From Terriglobia bacterium (GTDB lineage Bacteria; Acidobacteriota; Terriglobia; Acidiferrales; UBA7541): DNA of 64,000 nt. The stretch is taken from positions 1,856,001 to 1,920,000 of the forward strand of contig OY968796.1 of NCBI GenBank assembly GCA_963695545.1, read 5' to 3'. The notes beneath the pieces are model-generated. The model was not told where the DNA came from. It did no database searches and saw only the letters and a list, made by a program, of their open reading frames with translations. Positions 29,285 through 39,275 of this stretch are shown in pieces. The position numbers and the translations under genes were made by a program. The first letter of the stretch is position 1; each line of letters opens with the position of its first letter.

Positions 29285-30235
29285 CTAATGCCGCGAGAAA
29301 TAAAGTAGCAATCCAAAAATCAAGATGGGGATGAAGGCAAGCGTCACATACAACACGATTGTTCCTGTTCCTGGCCCGCGTTGTTTTTTCCAGTCCCGCA
29401 GCTCGGCGCGGTCCGCCACGCCAACCTGATCAAGGTGCTGCAAATCGTGCGCGAATTCGTGCGCGCTCCCGTAGCGATTCCTGTGTTCTCGCTCCAGAGC
29501 CCTGCAGATCACCTCTTGTAACTGAAGTGAAATCGAGGGATCGATTTCGCGTGGCGGAATCGGATATGTCAACAACCGGTCAAATGGATCGCTTCCCGCG
29601 AACGGCGTCGCGCCCGTGAGCATTTCGTACAGAATCACGCCGAGCGAGTAGATATCGCTGCGTGCGTCGCCTCGTTTCCCCGACAATTCTTCGGGAGAAA
29701 TGTACGGCGTTACTCCCACGATTTGCGCAAGGCTCGTGAACGTCAATCGCGCCGAACCCTCCTTCGCGGCGGCGCCAAAATCCGTCAATTTGATGTGATC
29801 GTCGGGCCCGACCAGGATGTTCTCCGGCCTTAGGTTGCGGTGCACCACGCCATGGTTGTGAATGTACTCAAGCACATCGCACACCGACACGGCGATCCGA
29901 TTCGCCCGATCTTGAGAGAGCCTTTTCTCCTGATTGAGTATTCGGCGTAGTGATTGGCTTTCAAACCACTCGGTCACCAAGTACGTCTGGCCGCGATGCT
30001 CGTCGGGATGTAGTTTCAGCAGCCCGGGGTGGCTTAGGGTCTTGCCGATCTCCTCTTCGCGGTGAAAGCGATCGAACAGCGCGACGTCACTTTCGACTTC
30101 AGGATGCGGAATCTTAAGAGCTACCGGCTGGTTCGTGCGGAGGTCGGTGGCCCGAAAAGTGGATGTGGTGTTGCTGCTTGATACGAGGCTGTCGATGCGA
30201 TAGTGATCGAACTGGTCGCCGAGGTTGATGGACAT
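29285..30235 (-). CDS. Hanks-type Ser/Thr kinase-like protein with C-terminal TM; probable pseudokinase
   Basis: VALK, DFG, YISPE, SDIYSLG present, but HRNLRPEN replaces HRDLKPEN and the glycine-rich loop is absent. Confidence 0.85.
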   Translation of the reverse strand: MSINLGDQFDHYRIDSLVSSSNTTSTFRATDLRTNQPVALKIPHPEVESDVALFDRFHREEEIGKTLSHPGLLKLHPDEHRGQTYLVTEWFESQSLRRILNQEKRLSQDRANRIAVSVCDVLEYIHNHGVVHRNLRPENILVGPDDHIKLTDFGAAAKEGSARLTFTSLAQIVGVTPYISPEELSGKRGDARSDIYSLGVILYEMLTGATPFAGSDPFDRLLTYPIPPREIDPSISLQLQEVICRALEREHRNRYGSAHEFAHDLQHLDQVGVADRAELRDWKKQRGPGTGTIVLYVTLAFIPILIFGLLLYFSRH

Positions 30236-30726
30236 GTCCGTTCCTGCGTCGGCAGAAGGCCATCATGATTACATCAGCCCTCGGCCTCGCTCCGTGTGTG
30301 ACGCCCTCGGCTCGACGCCTCACTTCAGAGTCTGTGAACCGCGACTTAGGGTAATACCACCAACAAATAATCCGCAAGACTATCTTTCGGTGATCGGGTT
30401 TGCCGCTAAAACCGCGGATGCCCGTGGTGCAAGCGCTGAGTGTGGGCGATAGCGTTATCGGAAGTTTTTGTACCAGCGCGGTGAGAGAAAATTCACCCTG
30501 GAAGGAAGTCGGTATGCCGCTGAGGACGTACGAGCTGGCGACGCTGCTGCGGCAGGTCGAATTCGAAGTCGCCAAGCTGAGTGCGCATAGCTTTGAGACG
30601 TGCGCAGCGCCCGATTCCGCTCAACGCGGGTCGATTCTTACTGAGGATTTTTGCTAGCGCACCTGACCTAAAACCAGGTGGCCGAGTTTGCGCCTGAACT
30701 GAACCCTCTAAATACTTGAAAACAAA

Positions 30727-30803
<77 letters not shown>

Positions 30804-30963
30804 ACTGCGGACGCCTCGGCACAGAAGCTGCGCCAAGGCTCACGATTTATCAGAATAGCACAGGCGCAGGGGGCCAGCCAGCGCGCCGGAAGCGCCACAT
30901 TCGTCTTGGTTCTTCTCGATCGTTCTTCAGTCTGTGCGTCTTCTCCATCTCGATCGTCTCCGG

Positions 30964-31776
30964 TCACCTGGGCACGCAGAAAATGTCGTAGTGGGGCCAG
31001 GTCATCACGTCGCGCTCCTCGAGGCGTTGGCCGAGGTAGTGGGCGTCGTCTTCCCACCGATGAATGGCGTAATTGAGATCGATGATCATCCGGAAAAGGC
31101 GTTCGCGCTGCGGCGCGTTTGTGGCTTTGAACACTTCAGCGCGCAGATAAGGGCGCGTCTGGGCGATCACGCCGGTGAGCGTTGAAAGCACCGTCGCGTC
31201 GTAACCTTCGGCGTCGACTTTGATGTAGCGAATCCGAGGCAGCAGATCGGCGTAATCGCGACCCAGCACCGCGGCGAGATTCCGTCCTTGCACCCGCAGC
31301 TTGAAAGCGTGGCCGTGCCTCCATCGGCTGATGCCCTCGTGCAAGCCGCCGTTGCAGAACCCAGCGTCGGAATATTCGAAATCCAGTTCGCCATCTTCGG
31401 GCGTGGCGGCGAACATTAGTGGGACGATGCGCGCTTTTGAAGTGTTGAGCTGCGAATTTTTTTCGAGGATGGGGAATACGTAGGGGTTTGGCTCGAGCGC
31501 GAGCACTGCGCCCGTCGGCCCGACAGCCAGGGCCATCGGCAACGTGGAATCTCCGGTGTGCGCGCCGATATCGATCGCCACATCCCCGGGTGAGAGAAAT
31601 TTCCTCAATTCATCCACCGACTCCTGCCGGATGTTTTTCGCTGATTCCCTCGGATGAAGCCATTGCGCGTATTGGATGTCGCCGTCGGCGGGCAACTGGA
31701 ACGACCGGACCTCATAGCCATAGGTCCGCGGCTTCGGACGCATTCCCAGCAAGTAGAGCCATTCCTTTGCTTTCAT
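30964..31776 (-). CDS. FkbM family methyltransferase
   Basis: IDIGAHTG, VLALEPNP, IKVDAEG motifs. Confidence 0.9.
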   Translation of the reverse strand: MKAKEWLYLLGMRPKPRTYGYEVRSFQLPADGDIQYAQWLHPRESAKNIRQESVDELRKFLSPGDVAIDIGAHTGDSTLPMALAVGPTGAVLALEPNPYVFPILEKNSQLNTSKARIVPLMFAATPEDGELDFEYSDAGFCNGGLHEGISRWRHGHAFKLRVQGRNLAAVLGRDYADLLPRIRYIKVDAEGYDATVLSTLTGVIAQTRPYLRAEVFKATNAPQRERLFRMIIDLNYAIHRWEDDAHYLGQRLEERDVMTWPHYDIFCVPR

Positions 31777-32133
31777 GGGTTCGCGGCCGTCAATCCCAAA
31801 CTGACACGCGGGGCCGAATGCGCATCCTATTATAAGGGGCGGGGTGTTGCATGGCGGACTTGAGAATCCCGCCCAACCCCAGTCCTGGCGGGAGTGGCTG
31901 GCAGCGTGTCATCGGGCGCGGAAATCTCGAAAGACCGATGCGGCGCTAGGGCGTACCGCTTGTCGCATGGCGCGGAGTAACTTTTTGCGCGGTGGCACGT
32001 CTAAAGATGCATAATGAGGAAAAGGGTAAAGGGCACGGTCGATCTTCGGTAAGCCGAGGCAGACCCCGCAGGCAGGTGCGAAATTTCTGATTTTCGACTT
32101 CATCTCAAACGAATACGCGGAGGCATTACGTCC

Positions 32134-33699
32134 ATGAGTGACAAGGTGATCGCAATACGGCGGCCGATGGCGGCAGCCGCGCTGGTTCTGGCACTGGCAT
32201 TGGGAGGAGCTGCCACTTGGTTTTTCGCAATGGGCGGCCAAACGGCGTTCGGGGCGGGTCGCACGGTGGCGTTGAAGGTGGCGGACGATTCGAGTCCGGC
32301 CGTCGAACACGTCTCGTTCGCGGCGGGTTTTGCACCCATCGTGCAGCCGGATCTTCCGGCGGTCGTGAACATCTCGACGTCCAAGATGGTCAAGGCAGAA
32401 ACGGCGGACAATCCGTTTGAGAACGATCCTTTCTTCCGGCAATTCTTCGGCAACGGCGACGGTAACGGCGAAGGTAACGGCAACCAATTCGGACAGCAAG
32501 GTCCGGAGCGGGCGCAGCCGCAACAGCAACGCGAAATGAGCCTGGGCTCGGGCGTGATCGTCAGCACGGACGGCTACATCCTAACGAACAATCACGTCGT
32601 TGACGGAGCCACCGACATCAAGGTGACGCTCGAGAACAAGCGCGAATTCAAAGCGCAATTGATTGGCGCGGACCCCAAGACCGATCTCGCCGTGCTGAAG
32701 ATTCCCGCCACAGACTTGACGGCGATCACCTTCGGCAATTCCGGGAAGATGCAAGTCGGCGATTTCGTGCTGGCCATCGGCGATCCCTTCGGCGTCGGCA
32801 AGACCGTGACCATGGGAATCGTGAGCGCGACCGGACGCACTGGCCTCGATATCGAGGGCAACGGAGCCTATGAGGATTTCATCCAGACCGACGCGGCGAT
32901 CAATCCGGGCAATTCCGGCGGCGCGTTGATCAACGTTCGCGGTGAGCTCGTGGGCATCAATACCGCGATTCTCACCGGCGGCGAAGGCGGAGGCAGTCAA
33001 GGCGTGGGCTTCGCCATCCCGGTGGATATGGCGCGCGGAATCATGCAGCAGATCGTCACCAACGGCAAAGTCACGCGCGGCTACCTGGGCATTTACATCG
33101 AGCCGGTTACTGCGGATTTGGCCAAGGCCTTTAACCTGCCGTCCACCGACGGAGCGCTGGTCGGCGACGTAAGTAAAGATGGTCCGGCGGCCAAAGCCGG
33201 GTTGCAGAGGGGTGACGTCATCGTGGCGCTCAACGGCAAGGCGGTTGAGGACTATCAGACGTTGCGGTTGGATATCGCGGCAACGCCGCCCGGGCAGACC
33301 GTGCAACTTGGCATCGAGCGCGGCTCCGCCAAGTCGACGGTTAGCGTGACGCTGGGCGAGCTTCCGGAAACGCCCGAAGTGGCGTCGGCCGCTGGCGGCG
33401 ATCAGACTCCCAGCGCGCTCACGGGCGTGCAAGTGCAGGCTCTGACGCCGGACATCGCTCAGCAGCTCGGATTGCCAGCCGACACGACCGGCGTGGTCGT
33501 GACGGAGGTCGATCCGTCGAGCGCGGCCGCGGAAGCGAACTTGCAGCGTGGCGACGTAATCCAGGAAGTGAACCGTCAGCCGGTCGCGAGCGTCGATCAG
33601 TACAATCGCGCCGTGAAGGCCGTGCATGGGCAGGAAGTGCTGCTGCTCGTGAACAGCAAAGGCATCACCCATTACGTGGCAATCTCAACTGAACAGTAA
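32134..33699 (+). CDS. HtrA/DegP-DegQ (Do family) serine protease with two PDZ domains
   Basis: LGSGVI, TNNHVV, DLAVLK, IQTDAAINPGNSGG; two PDZ domains. Confidence 0.95.
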   Translation: MSDKVIAIRRPMAAAALVLALALGGAATWFFAMGGQTAFGAGRTVALKVADDSSPAVEHVSFAAGFAPIVQPDLPAVVNISTSKMVKAETADNPFENDPFFRQFFGNGDGNGEGNGNQFGQQGPERAQPQQQREMSLGSGVIVSTDGYILTNNHVVDGATDIKVTLENKREFKAQLIGADPKTDLAVLKIPATDLTAITFGNSGKMQVGDFVLAIGDPFGVGKTVTMGIVSATGRTGLDIEGNGAYEDFIQTDAAINPGNSGGALINVRGELVGINTAILTGGEGGGSQGVGFAIPVDMARGIMQQIVTNGKVTRGYLGIYIEPVTADLAKAFNLPSTDGALVGDVSKDGPAAKAGLQRGDVIVALNGKAVEDYQTLRLDIAATPPGQTVQLGIERGSAKSTVSVTLGELPETPEVASAAGGDQTPSALTGVQVQALTPDIAQQLGLPADTTGVVVTEVDPSSAAAEANLQRGDVIQEVNRQPVASVDQYNRAVKAVHGQEVLLLVNSKGITHYVAISTEQ

Positions 33700-33717
33700 C
33701 GCAGCACAAGCTGCCTC

Positions 33718-33758
33718 AATCCGGCGCGGAGGAAGTTTTCTCCGCGCCGGATTTTTTT
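33718..33758 (+). terminator. Rho-independent terminator
   Basis: AATCCGGCGCGGAG / CTCCGCGCCGGATT stem followed by a T run. Confidence 0.9.
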
Positions 33759-33818
33759 GTCGCGCCGTGCAGCGGGCTGCGGGGCGGAGAGCGGCAAGGG
33801 GCGGCAGCGTTGCGCGTG

Positions 33819-35195
33819 CTACTTCGGCTCTACTTTGTAGAGAACGCTAGCGTGAGGCGCGAGTGACACTTGAATACGATCCTGTTTGCCCAAATCCTTG
33901 TGGGCCCATAGATCGCGGACCTTTGCGTGTTTCGCCGGGACTCCCGCGTCAGCCCACGTCAAATCGACGGATTCAGAGGCGTCGCCGACGTTGAAAACGG
34001 CAATATACTTTGCGAATCCTCCAGGCGCGTCGGCGGTCCACGCGATGGTGTCGCCTTGACGGTAAGACTGATGGCCGCCTGTGCTGTTCTGATCGACCGC
34101 GAGCACTTCGGGATTTGTGATCGAAGCCAGCGTGAAAGCGTCGTTGCTGGGCAAGTCTCCGCCGAACATCAGGGGAGACCGGAAAATGGACCAGAGTGTC
34201 ATCACAGTTTGCTGCTCGTCGTGGGTGAACGAGCTTTCGCGGTCGTCACCGCGTTCGGCGCGAATGCCGATGCGGCCGAGCGGCAACATATCGGCATCGG
34301 GCCAGTTTCCGGGCCGCGAGTAGGATTCCCATGTGTCGGTGATGTCAAATTGGCGTTTTAAAGAGGCCCAGTTATCCCAGAAATCACCCGAGATGCGCCA
34401 CAACTGCGCGTTGGCCCCGAGAAAATCGGCGTACTCGGGAAAGGAAGGGCCGGGAGAAAGGCTCAGGACGATGGGGCGGCCGGTTTTTTTAAGCGCTTCA
34501 TGCAAAGCCACAATTTCAGCCGCGCGCGCGGGCGTGCTCATGTCGTCGGCCTTGATATAATCGGCGCCCCACGATGCGTACAATTCCGCGAGCGAATCGT
34601 AGTAGGCCTGCGCGCCGCGCTTCGACATATCCACGCCGTAGGTGTCCTCCATGCCCGGCCATTTGCACACGTTTATTTTATCCGCGATATCGGCGGCATG
34701 ATATGCAGTGCCCTTGATAGGCAGATTCTGCTCCACCGCTTCGCGCGGAATTCCGCGCATAATGTGGAAACCGAATTTCAACCCTAGGCTGTGAACGTAG
34801 GCCGCGAGCGGAGCAAAGCCCTGGCCGTTGGCGCTCGAGGGAAAACGGTTGGGCGCAGGAACGAATCTGCCGAATTCGTCGATGGTGACTTCGCCGCCGG
34901 GAGTATAGCCATGCGCTTTCGAGTTCGGCTGATACCACTCGATATCGACGATGACGTACTGCCAGCCAAACTTCGCGAGGTGCGCGGCCATATAATCGGC
35001 GTTGGCTTTCACTTCGTCCTCACGGACCGTCGGTCCGTAGGAATCCCAGCTGTTCCATCCCATCGGTGGAGTGGGCGCCAGCGCGCTGCTGGCGGAATCG
35101 GCAGTGACGCCCGCGCCGGCCGGAAAATTCGCAGAAAACGCGAACGCGATGATGGAGATGAAGGCGGCGGGAAGTTTCCCGATGGATTTCGTCAT
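33819..35195 (-). CDS. Glycoside hydrolase family 27 (alpha-galactosidase/beta-L-arabinopyranosidase-like), secreted
   Basis: LAPTPPMGWNSW, DIEW, WGADYIKADD, WRISGDFWD, WPDADML; start placed at MTKSIG (signal peptide). Confidence 0.92.
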   Translation of the reverse strand: MTKSIGKLPAAFISIIAFAFSANFPAGAGVTADSASSALAPTPPMGWNSWDSYGPTVREDEVKANADYMAAHLAKFGWQYVIVDIEWYQPNSKAHGYTPGGEVTIDEFGRFVPAPNRFPSSANGQGFAPLAAYVHSLGLKFGFHIMRGIPREAVEQNLPIKGTAYHAADIADKINVCKWPGMEDTYGVDMSKRGAQAYYDSLAELYASWGADYIKADDMSTPARAAEIVALHEALKKTGRPIVLSLSPGPSFPEYADFLGANAQLWRISGDFWDNWASLKRQFDITDTWESYSRPGNWPDADMLPLGRIGIRAERGDDRESSFTHDEQQTVMTLWSIFRSPLMFGGDLPSNDAFTLASITNPEVLAVDQNSTGGHQSYRQGDTIAWTADAPGGFAKYIAVFNVGDASESVDLTWADAGVPAKHAKVRDLWAHKDLGKQDRIQVSLAPHASVLYKVEPK

Positions 35196-35436
35196 GATGG
35201 CGGTCAAACGCTCACGAACGCACGGGTGCATTAGGGACCACGCGTGAGAAAACGTCAAGAGCCGCGTCCGCAAGACCGAAGGCTGCAGCACTCGTTGGGA
35301 ACGAAAGCTCGGGACGGCCTGCACGCGCGCAATATGAGAAAATGCTCGCGAGCGCGGAATTCGCAAAAAAAGAACACCGCATTCGATTCCAGCGGTGCGG
35401 CAGCAGACGCTGGTTTCGGAGAAACGGGAAGAGACC

Positions 35437-35964
35437 GTGAAGAAAAAAGCGAAACGAATCACGAGAAGAGCCGCTGGCGCTAGAAACAACGATTCGGCAT
35501 TGCGTGATCAACTTGCAGCTCTGCTGAAGGGAGGCGGCGCGCACGCTCGCTTCTCGGAAGCGATTGCGGCGTTTCCCGCGGATAAGCGCGGCGTTGTCGC
35601 GCAAGGCCTGCCCCATACCGGTTGGCAACTGCTCGAACACCTGCGGATTGCGCAGTGGGACATTCTGGAATTCAGCCGGAATGCGAAACATTCATCGCCG
35701 AAATTCCCCGAAGGCTACTGGCCGAAGACTTCCGATCCCGCGGATGAGGCGGCTTGGGACAAAAGCGTCGCTGCGTTCGAGAAGAATCTGCAAGAGATGA
35801 TCAGGCTCGTGAAGGATCCGAAGACAGATCTATACGCAGAGATTCCGCATGGCGAGGGCCAGACGATTCTTCGTGAGGCGTTGGTGCTTGCGGATCATAA
35901 CTCCTATCATCTGGGACAGTTGGTTGACCTGCGGCGGGCACTGGGCGCCTGGCCGAAATCATAG
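35437..35964 (+). CDS. DinB/YfiT superfamily protein
   Basis: WQLLEHLRIAQWDILEF...DHNSYHLGQ His triad; GTG start assumed. Confidence 0.85.
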   Translation: MKKKAKRITRRAAGARNNDSALRDQLAALLKGGGAHARFSEAIAAFPADKRGVVAQGLPHTGWQLLEHLRIAQWDILEFSRNAKHSSPKFPEGYWPKTSDPADEAAWDKSVAAFEKNLQEMIRLVKDPKTDLYAEIPHGEGQTILREALVLADHNSYHLGQLVDLRRALGAWPKS

Positions 35965-36188
35965 AAACTCTTCCACTTTGCCTCCGGGCCCTGAAGCGGA
36001 TCCAGAATCGCGCGGATCGCCGCAGACATCCGAAATCTCGAAATCCCGAAATAAAACTTGAGACTGTACCGATGTGGACAGATATCCGTCTTCGGTGCAC
36101 CTAACATGGTGCCTCCGGAGGAAGCGAAGTTGTAAGGAGACTCTTCTGCGGAAGAGACTCCTAACTTCCTCTGCCTTGGGGGACTCAC

Positions 36189-36266
36189 ATGTTCACTCTA
36201 TTGGTAATTCTTCTCGTGGTTCTGCTGGTCGGTGGTGGGGGCTGGGGATATTCGCGTTGGCGCTAG
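36189..36266 (+). CDS. 25-aa single-TM small protein (DUF3309-like)
   Basis: Manual translation MFTLLVILLVVLLVGGGGWGYSRWR*; GGGGGA RBS 5 nt upstream; absent from the ORF track. Confidence 0.75.
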   Translation: MFTLLVILLVVLLVGGGGWGYSRWR

Positions 36267-36401
36267 GAATTAACGCTTCCTGACGGCAAGAAAAGAAATT
36301 CAATCGCGACTCGAAGTGCCTTCGATAGGTTCGCACCGCGCGCGATGCGCGGCGACTCTTAGGTCTACGTCGTGGAATCGATCAACTACTGGAGGTAAGT
36401 C

Positions 36402-36980
36402 ATGCATTTGACAGCGTTAAGCCCGTTAGAAGTGGGGATTCTCGTCGCGATTGCGGTGGCGATAGCCATCGGCGTGGGCATTGTAGTTCTTGTTGGTAAC
36501 CGCCGGACGGCGAGACTGCGCACTCAGTTCGGCAGCGCTGAATACGCCCGCACCGTGAAAGAGGGCGGGGGCCAGCGCAAAGCCGAAGCGGCGCTCGATG
36601 AGCGCGCGGCACGCGTGGAACGATTGCACATCCGGCCGCTTGGTCCGGCCGATCGCGCGCGGTTCGTGGAGGCTTGGGGCAGAGTCCAGGCGCGGTTCGT
36701 TGACGGCCCAGGCGGGGCAGTTACCGACGCCGATCAATTGCTGGGCGATGTGATGTTCGCGCGCGGATACCCCGTCAGCGATTTCGAGCAACGCTCCGCG
36801 GATATCTCGGTGGATCATCCGTTGGTGCTCGAAAATTACCGGGCAGCGCACCAAAGCGCGCTCCGTCAAACACGCGGACAGGCCAGCACCGAGGATTTGC
36901 GCCAGGCAATGATTCATTACCGGACCCTGTTTGACGAACTTGTCTCTGAGCCGGAAGTGGCGCGGGCGCAGAGCGCGTAA
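36402..36980 (+). CDS. Membrane-anchored conserved hypothetical protein
   Basis: GGAGG RBS; N-terminal TM; W..VQARFVD.P, STEDLRQAMIHYRTLF. Confidence 0.8.
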   Translation: MHLTALSPLEVGILVAIAVAIAIGVGIVVLVGNRRTARLRTQFGSAEYARTVKEGGGQRKAEAALDERAARVERLHIRPLGPADRARFVEAWGRVQARFVDGPGGAVTDADQLLGDVMFARGYPVSDFEQRSADISVDHPLVLENYRAAHQSALRQTRGQASTEDLRQAMIHYRTLFDELVSEPEVARAQSA

Positions 36981-36996
36981 TAGCTGAACGACTGAC

Positions 36997-37042
36997 GCAA
37001 AAAAGAAGGCCCTCGAGAATGTCGAGGGCCTTCTTTGCTTTT
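36997..37042. terminator. Bidirectional Rho-independent terminator
   Basis: AAAGAAGGCCCTCGA / TCGAGGGCCTTCTTT stem flanked by A and T runs between convergent genes. Confidence 0.9.
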
Positions 37043-37061
37043 AAATAGTGAGCGGACTTAG

Positions 37062-39275
37062 TCAGTCGCCAACTACGGGAGCGGCAGGTTCTTCGACGGC
37101 GGGCTTTGTGGAATTGCCATTCCCGTTTGTGTGGCCGTTACCGTTGCCATTGCCGTTTGGTTTCGCGCTTGCAATCGTCGATGGTGAGATCAAAGCGCCG
37201 GGGACGGCTTTGTGAATGTCGGTCATCGAGCCGATCTTCACGACGGGATCCTGGGGCTTCTTGAGCACCATCTCTTCGTAAATCTGGCGGACCTTGGCTT
37301 CTTCCGAGATGAATTGCGCGCGGCGGCGTGCGCGGTCTTCATCGGCGGCTGTTGCCGGAACGTCGTCTTCGTCCTTGGCGCGGACGCGGGCGGCGTCTTC
37401 GGCGTTGATCACCAGTGAATGGTCGTAGGTGCCGAGCGTCACGCTCTTGCCCTTGGCGTAAATTTCATGTTTGCCGTGCGTGCGGTACCACTGCGCGACG
37501 GTCGCGTTTTTGTACATGTTCTCGATAATCTTCCGCCAGCCGATGCCTGTGTTGTACGCGCAGAAGGAGATTTCGCCCTGCTGCGTGGCGTAAGGGATGA
37601 TGCACATTTCCGTGCGGCGGAAATCGTAGTTGAACAAATCCTGGAACCACATGCCGGCGATGAACAGGAAATTCCAATTGTCCGTCTTGCGGCGCTTCAT
37701 GGCGTCTTCGTAGGTCCGGTCGGGCCCGGCGGTGCCGTACTTCTTGCGCTGGTTCGACGTCAGCCCGTAGGACTTGTCGAATTTCTTCCAAAGGTCGATC
37801 AGGCGGAAATCGGAGGGCGCGCGGTAAGCGTGGTAGTTCTTCAGCAGCGCGAGCGCCATCATGAAGTTTGAAAAATTCTTGCTGCGCGCCGCGTCGGTGA
37901 CTTTCTTGGTGTCCTCGACGAGTTGCGGCACGTCAAGAAACGCGGGCACAGGCGCCCATTCCTTGGTTTCTTTGTTGATCATGAGCGCGGTGCCGACGCC
38001 GCAATTCGGGTGGCAGCCGCAGGAGAGCGTGCCCCACTGCGTTTGGGGCCCGTGCACCAAATCGGCGAAGGCCGAAAAGGTGCTGATGATCGAAATGGGG
38101 AACCAATCGCGCGTGGGCTCGACCTTGCCGATTTGGTTGCTGACGTCTTTCGCAAGGTGCGACAGCGTGTAGCGTTGCTTCAAACGGCGCTCGGGCGTGA
38201 TGTCTTCGTCGCGACCCGTAAAGGAAACGGGCTGGAAGGCCACGAAGGAGATTTTCTTGGGATTCTCCATCGCGAAATTCACGATGGCGCCCACCTGATC
38301 GTTGTTCACGCTGTTGACGATGGTGACCACCAGGATGATTTCAATGCCGGCCTCATGCATGTTTTCGATGGCGCGCAGCTTCACGTCGAACAGGTTGCCG
38401 ACCTGGCGGTGGCTGTTCGCGTCGTTGCCGATGCCGTCGAATTGCAGGTAGGCGTAGCGCAGGCCCGCCTCGAAAGCCTTCTTCGAGAAGTCCTTGCTCT
38501 TGGCGAATTCAATTCCGTTCGTCGCGGCCTGCACGCTGTTGTAGCCGATCTTGCGGGCGTAGCGCACGGCGTCAACGAAGTAAGGATGCATGGTGGGCTC
38601 ACCGCCGGAGAACTGCACGGACATCTGGCGGCGCGGCTTGATGCGTATGGCGTTGTCCAGGATTTCCTGGATTTCATCCCAACCGAGCTCGTGCACGTAC
38701 CCGACCTGGTTCGCGTCCATGAAGCAGGGATCGCACATCATGTTGCAGCGGTTCGTCAGGTCCACGGTGAGCACCGAGCCGCGGCCGTAGCGCACCGTGC
38801 TCGAGCCATGCTTGTGCAAGTCCTCGTCGTTGTGCGCGGGGATATCGCGGCCGGGGAAATTCTGCTCGATCCAGCCGAGGAATTTCTCGTCCAAGGCCAT
38901 CATGTCTTCGTACTTGCCGTGGATCGGGCACTCCTTAATCATCCAGACCTGTCCATCACGCTGAATGATCTGAGCCTTGATCTCGCCGACCTTCTCGTAC
39001 ATCAGGTCTTTCCAGTCTTTTTCGCCGTTGATGATTCCCTCGCGGGCTTCCTTCACGCAGCCCGGACAGAGCGAATCCGTCTGGCGCGGCCAGCCGAGCG
39101 TCGGCTTGGTCTTCTCCCAAGATTTCAGCAGCGGCTTATCCGACCACGCAGGAGTGAATGATGGGTTCGGATTACGCTTGTTCCAGACCTGGACCGTGTT
39201 GAACACGACCCCAGCCGTGCGCGCCACGGTCTCGTCGATGAGTTTCCATGCTCGCGTTTTGAGTGTCTTCGCCAT
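37062..39275 (-). CDS. Radical SAM enzyme homologous to tetraether lipid synthase (Tes/GDGT-MAS, MJ0619 family)
   Basis: SLCPGC...KECPIHG metal site; DLTNRCNMMCDPCF; QFSGGEPT; YLQFDG; FQPVSFTGR; HPNCG; MWFQDLFNYD; FCAYN, in the same order as archaeal Tes. Confidence 0.85.
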   Translation of the reverse strand: MAKTLKTRAWKLIDETVARTAGVVFNTVQVWNKRNPNPSFTPAWSDKPLLKSWEKTKPTLGWPRQTDSLCPGCVKEAREGIINGEKDWKDLMYEKVGEIKAQIIQRDGQVWMIKECPIHGKYEDMMALDEKFLGWIEQNFPGRDIPAHNDEDLHKHGSSTVRYGRGSVLTVDLTNRCNMMCDPCFMDANQVGYVHELGWDEIQEILDNAIRIKPRRQMSVQFSGGEPTMHPYFVDAVRYARKIGYNSVQAATNGIEFAKSKDFSKKAFEAGLRYAYLQFDGIGNDANSHRQVGNLFDVKLRAIENMHEAGIEIILVVTIVNSVNNDQVGAIVNFAMENPKKISFVAFQPVSFTGRDEDITPERRLKQRYTLSHLAKDVSNQIGKVEPTRDWFPISIISTFSAFADLVHGPQTQWGTLSCGCHPNCGVGTALMINKETKEWAPVPAFLDVPQLVEDTKKVTDAARSKNFSNFMMALALLKNYHAYRAPSDFRLIDLWKKFDKSYGLTSNQRKKYGTAGPDRTYEDAMKRRKTDNWNFLFIAGMWFQDLFNYDFRRTEMCIIPYATQQGEISFCAYNTGIGWRKIIENMYKNATVAQWYRTHGKHEIYAKGKSVTLGTYDHSLVINAEDAARVRAKDEDDVPATAADEDRARRRAQFISEEAKVRQIYEEMVLKKPQDPVVKIGSMTDIHKAVPGALISPSTIASAKPNGNGNGNGHTNGNGNSTKPAVEEPAAPVVGD

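Noticed and set aside
30400..30657. Small ORF or integrase remnant next to the tRNA
   Set aside because: No recognisable motif or convincing RBS; insufficient support
37062..39275. MoaA or a generic SPASM maturase
   Set aside because: Length, N-terminal CxxC/CxxH site and FQPVSFTGR/FCAYN motifs fit the Tes/MJ0619 family instead
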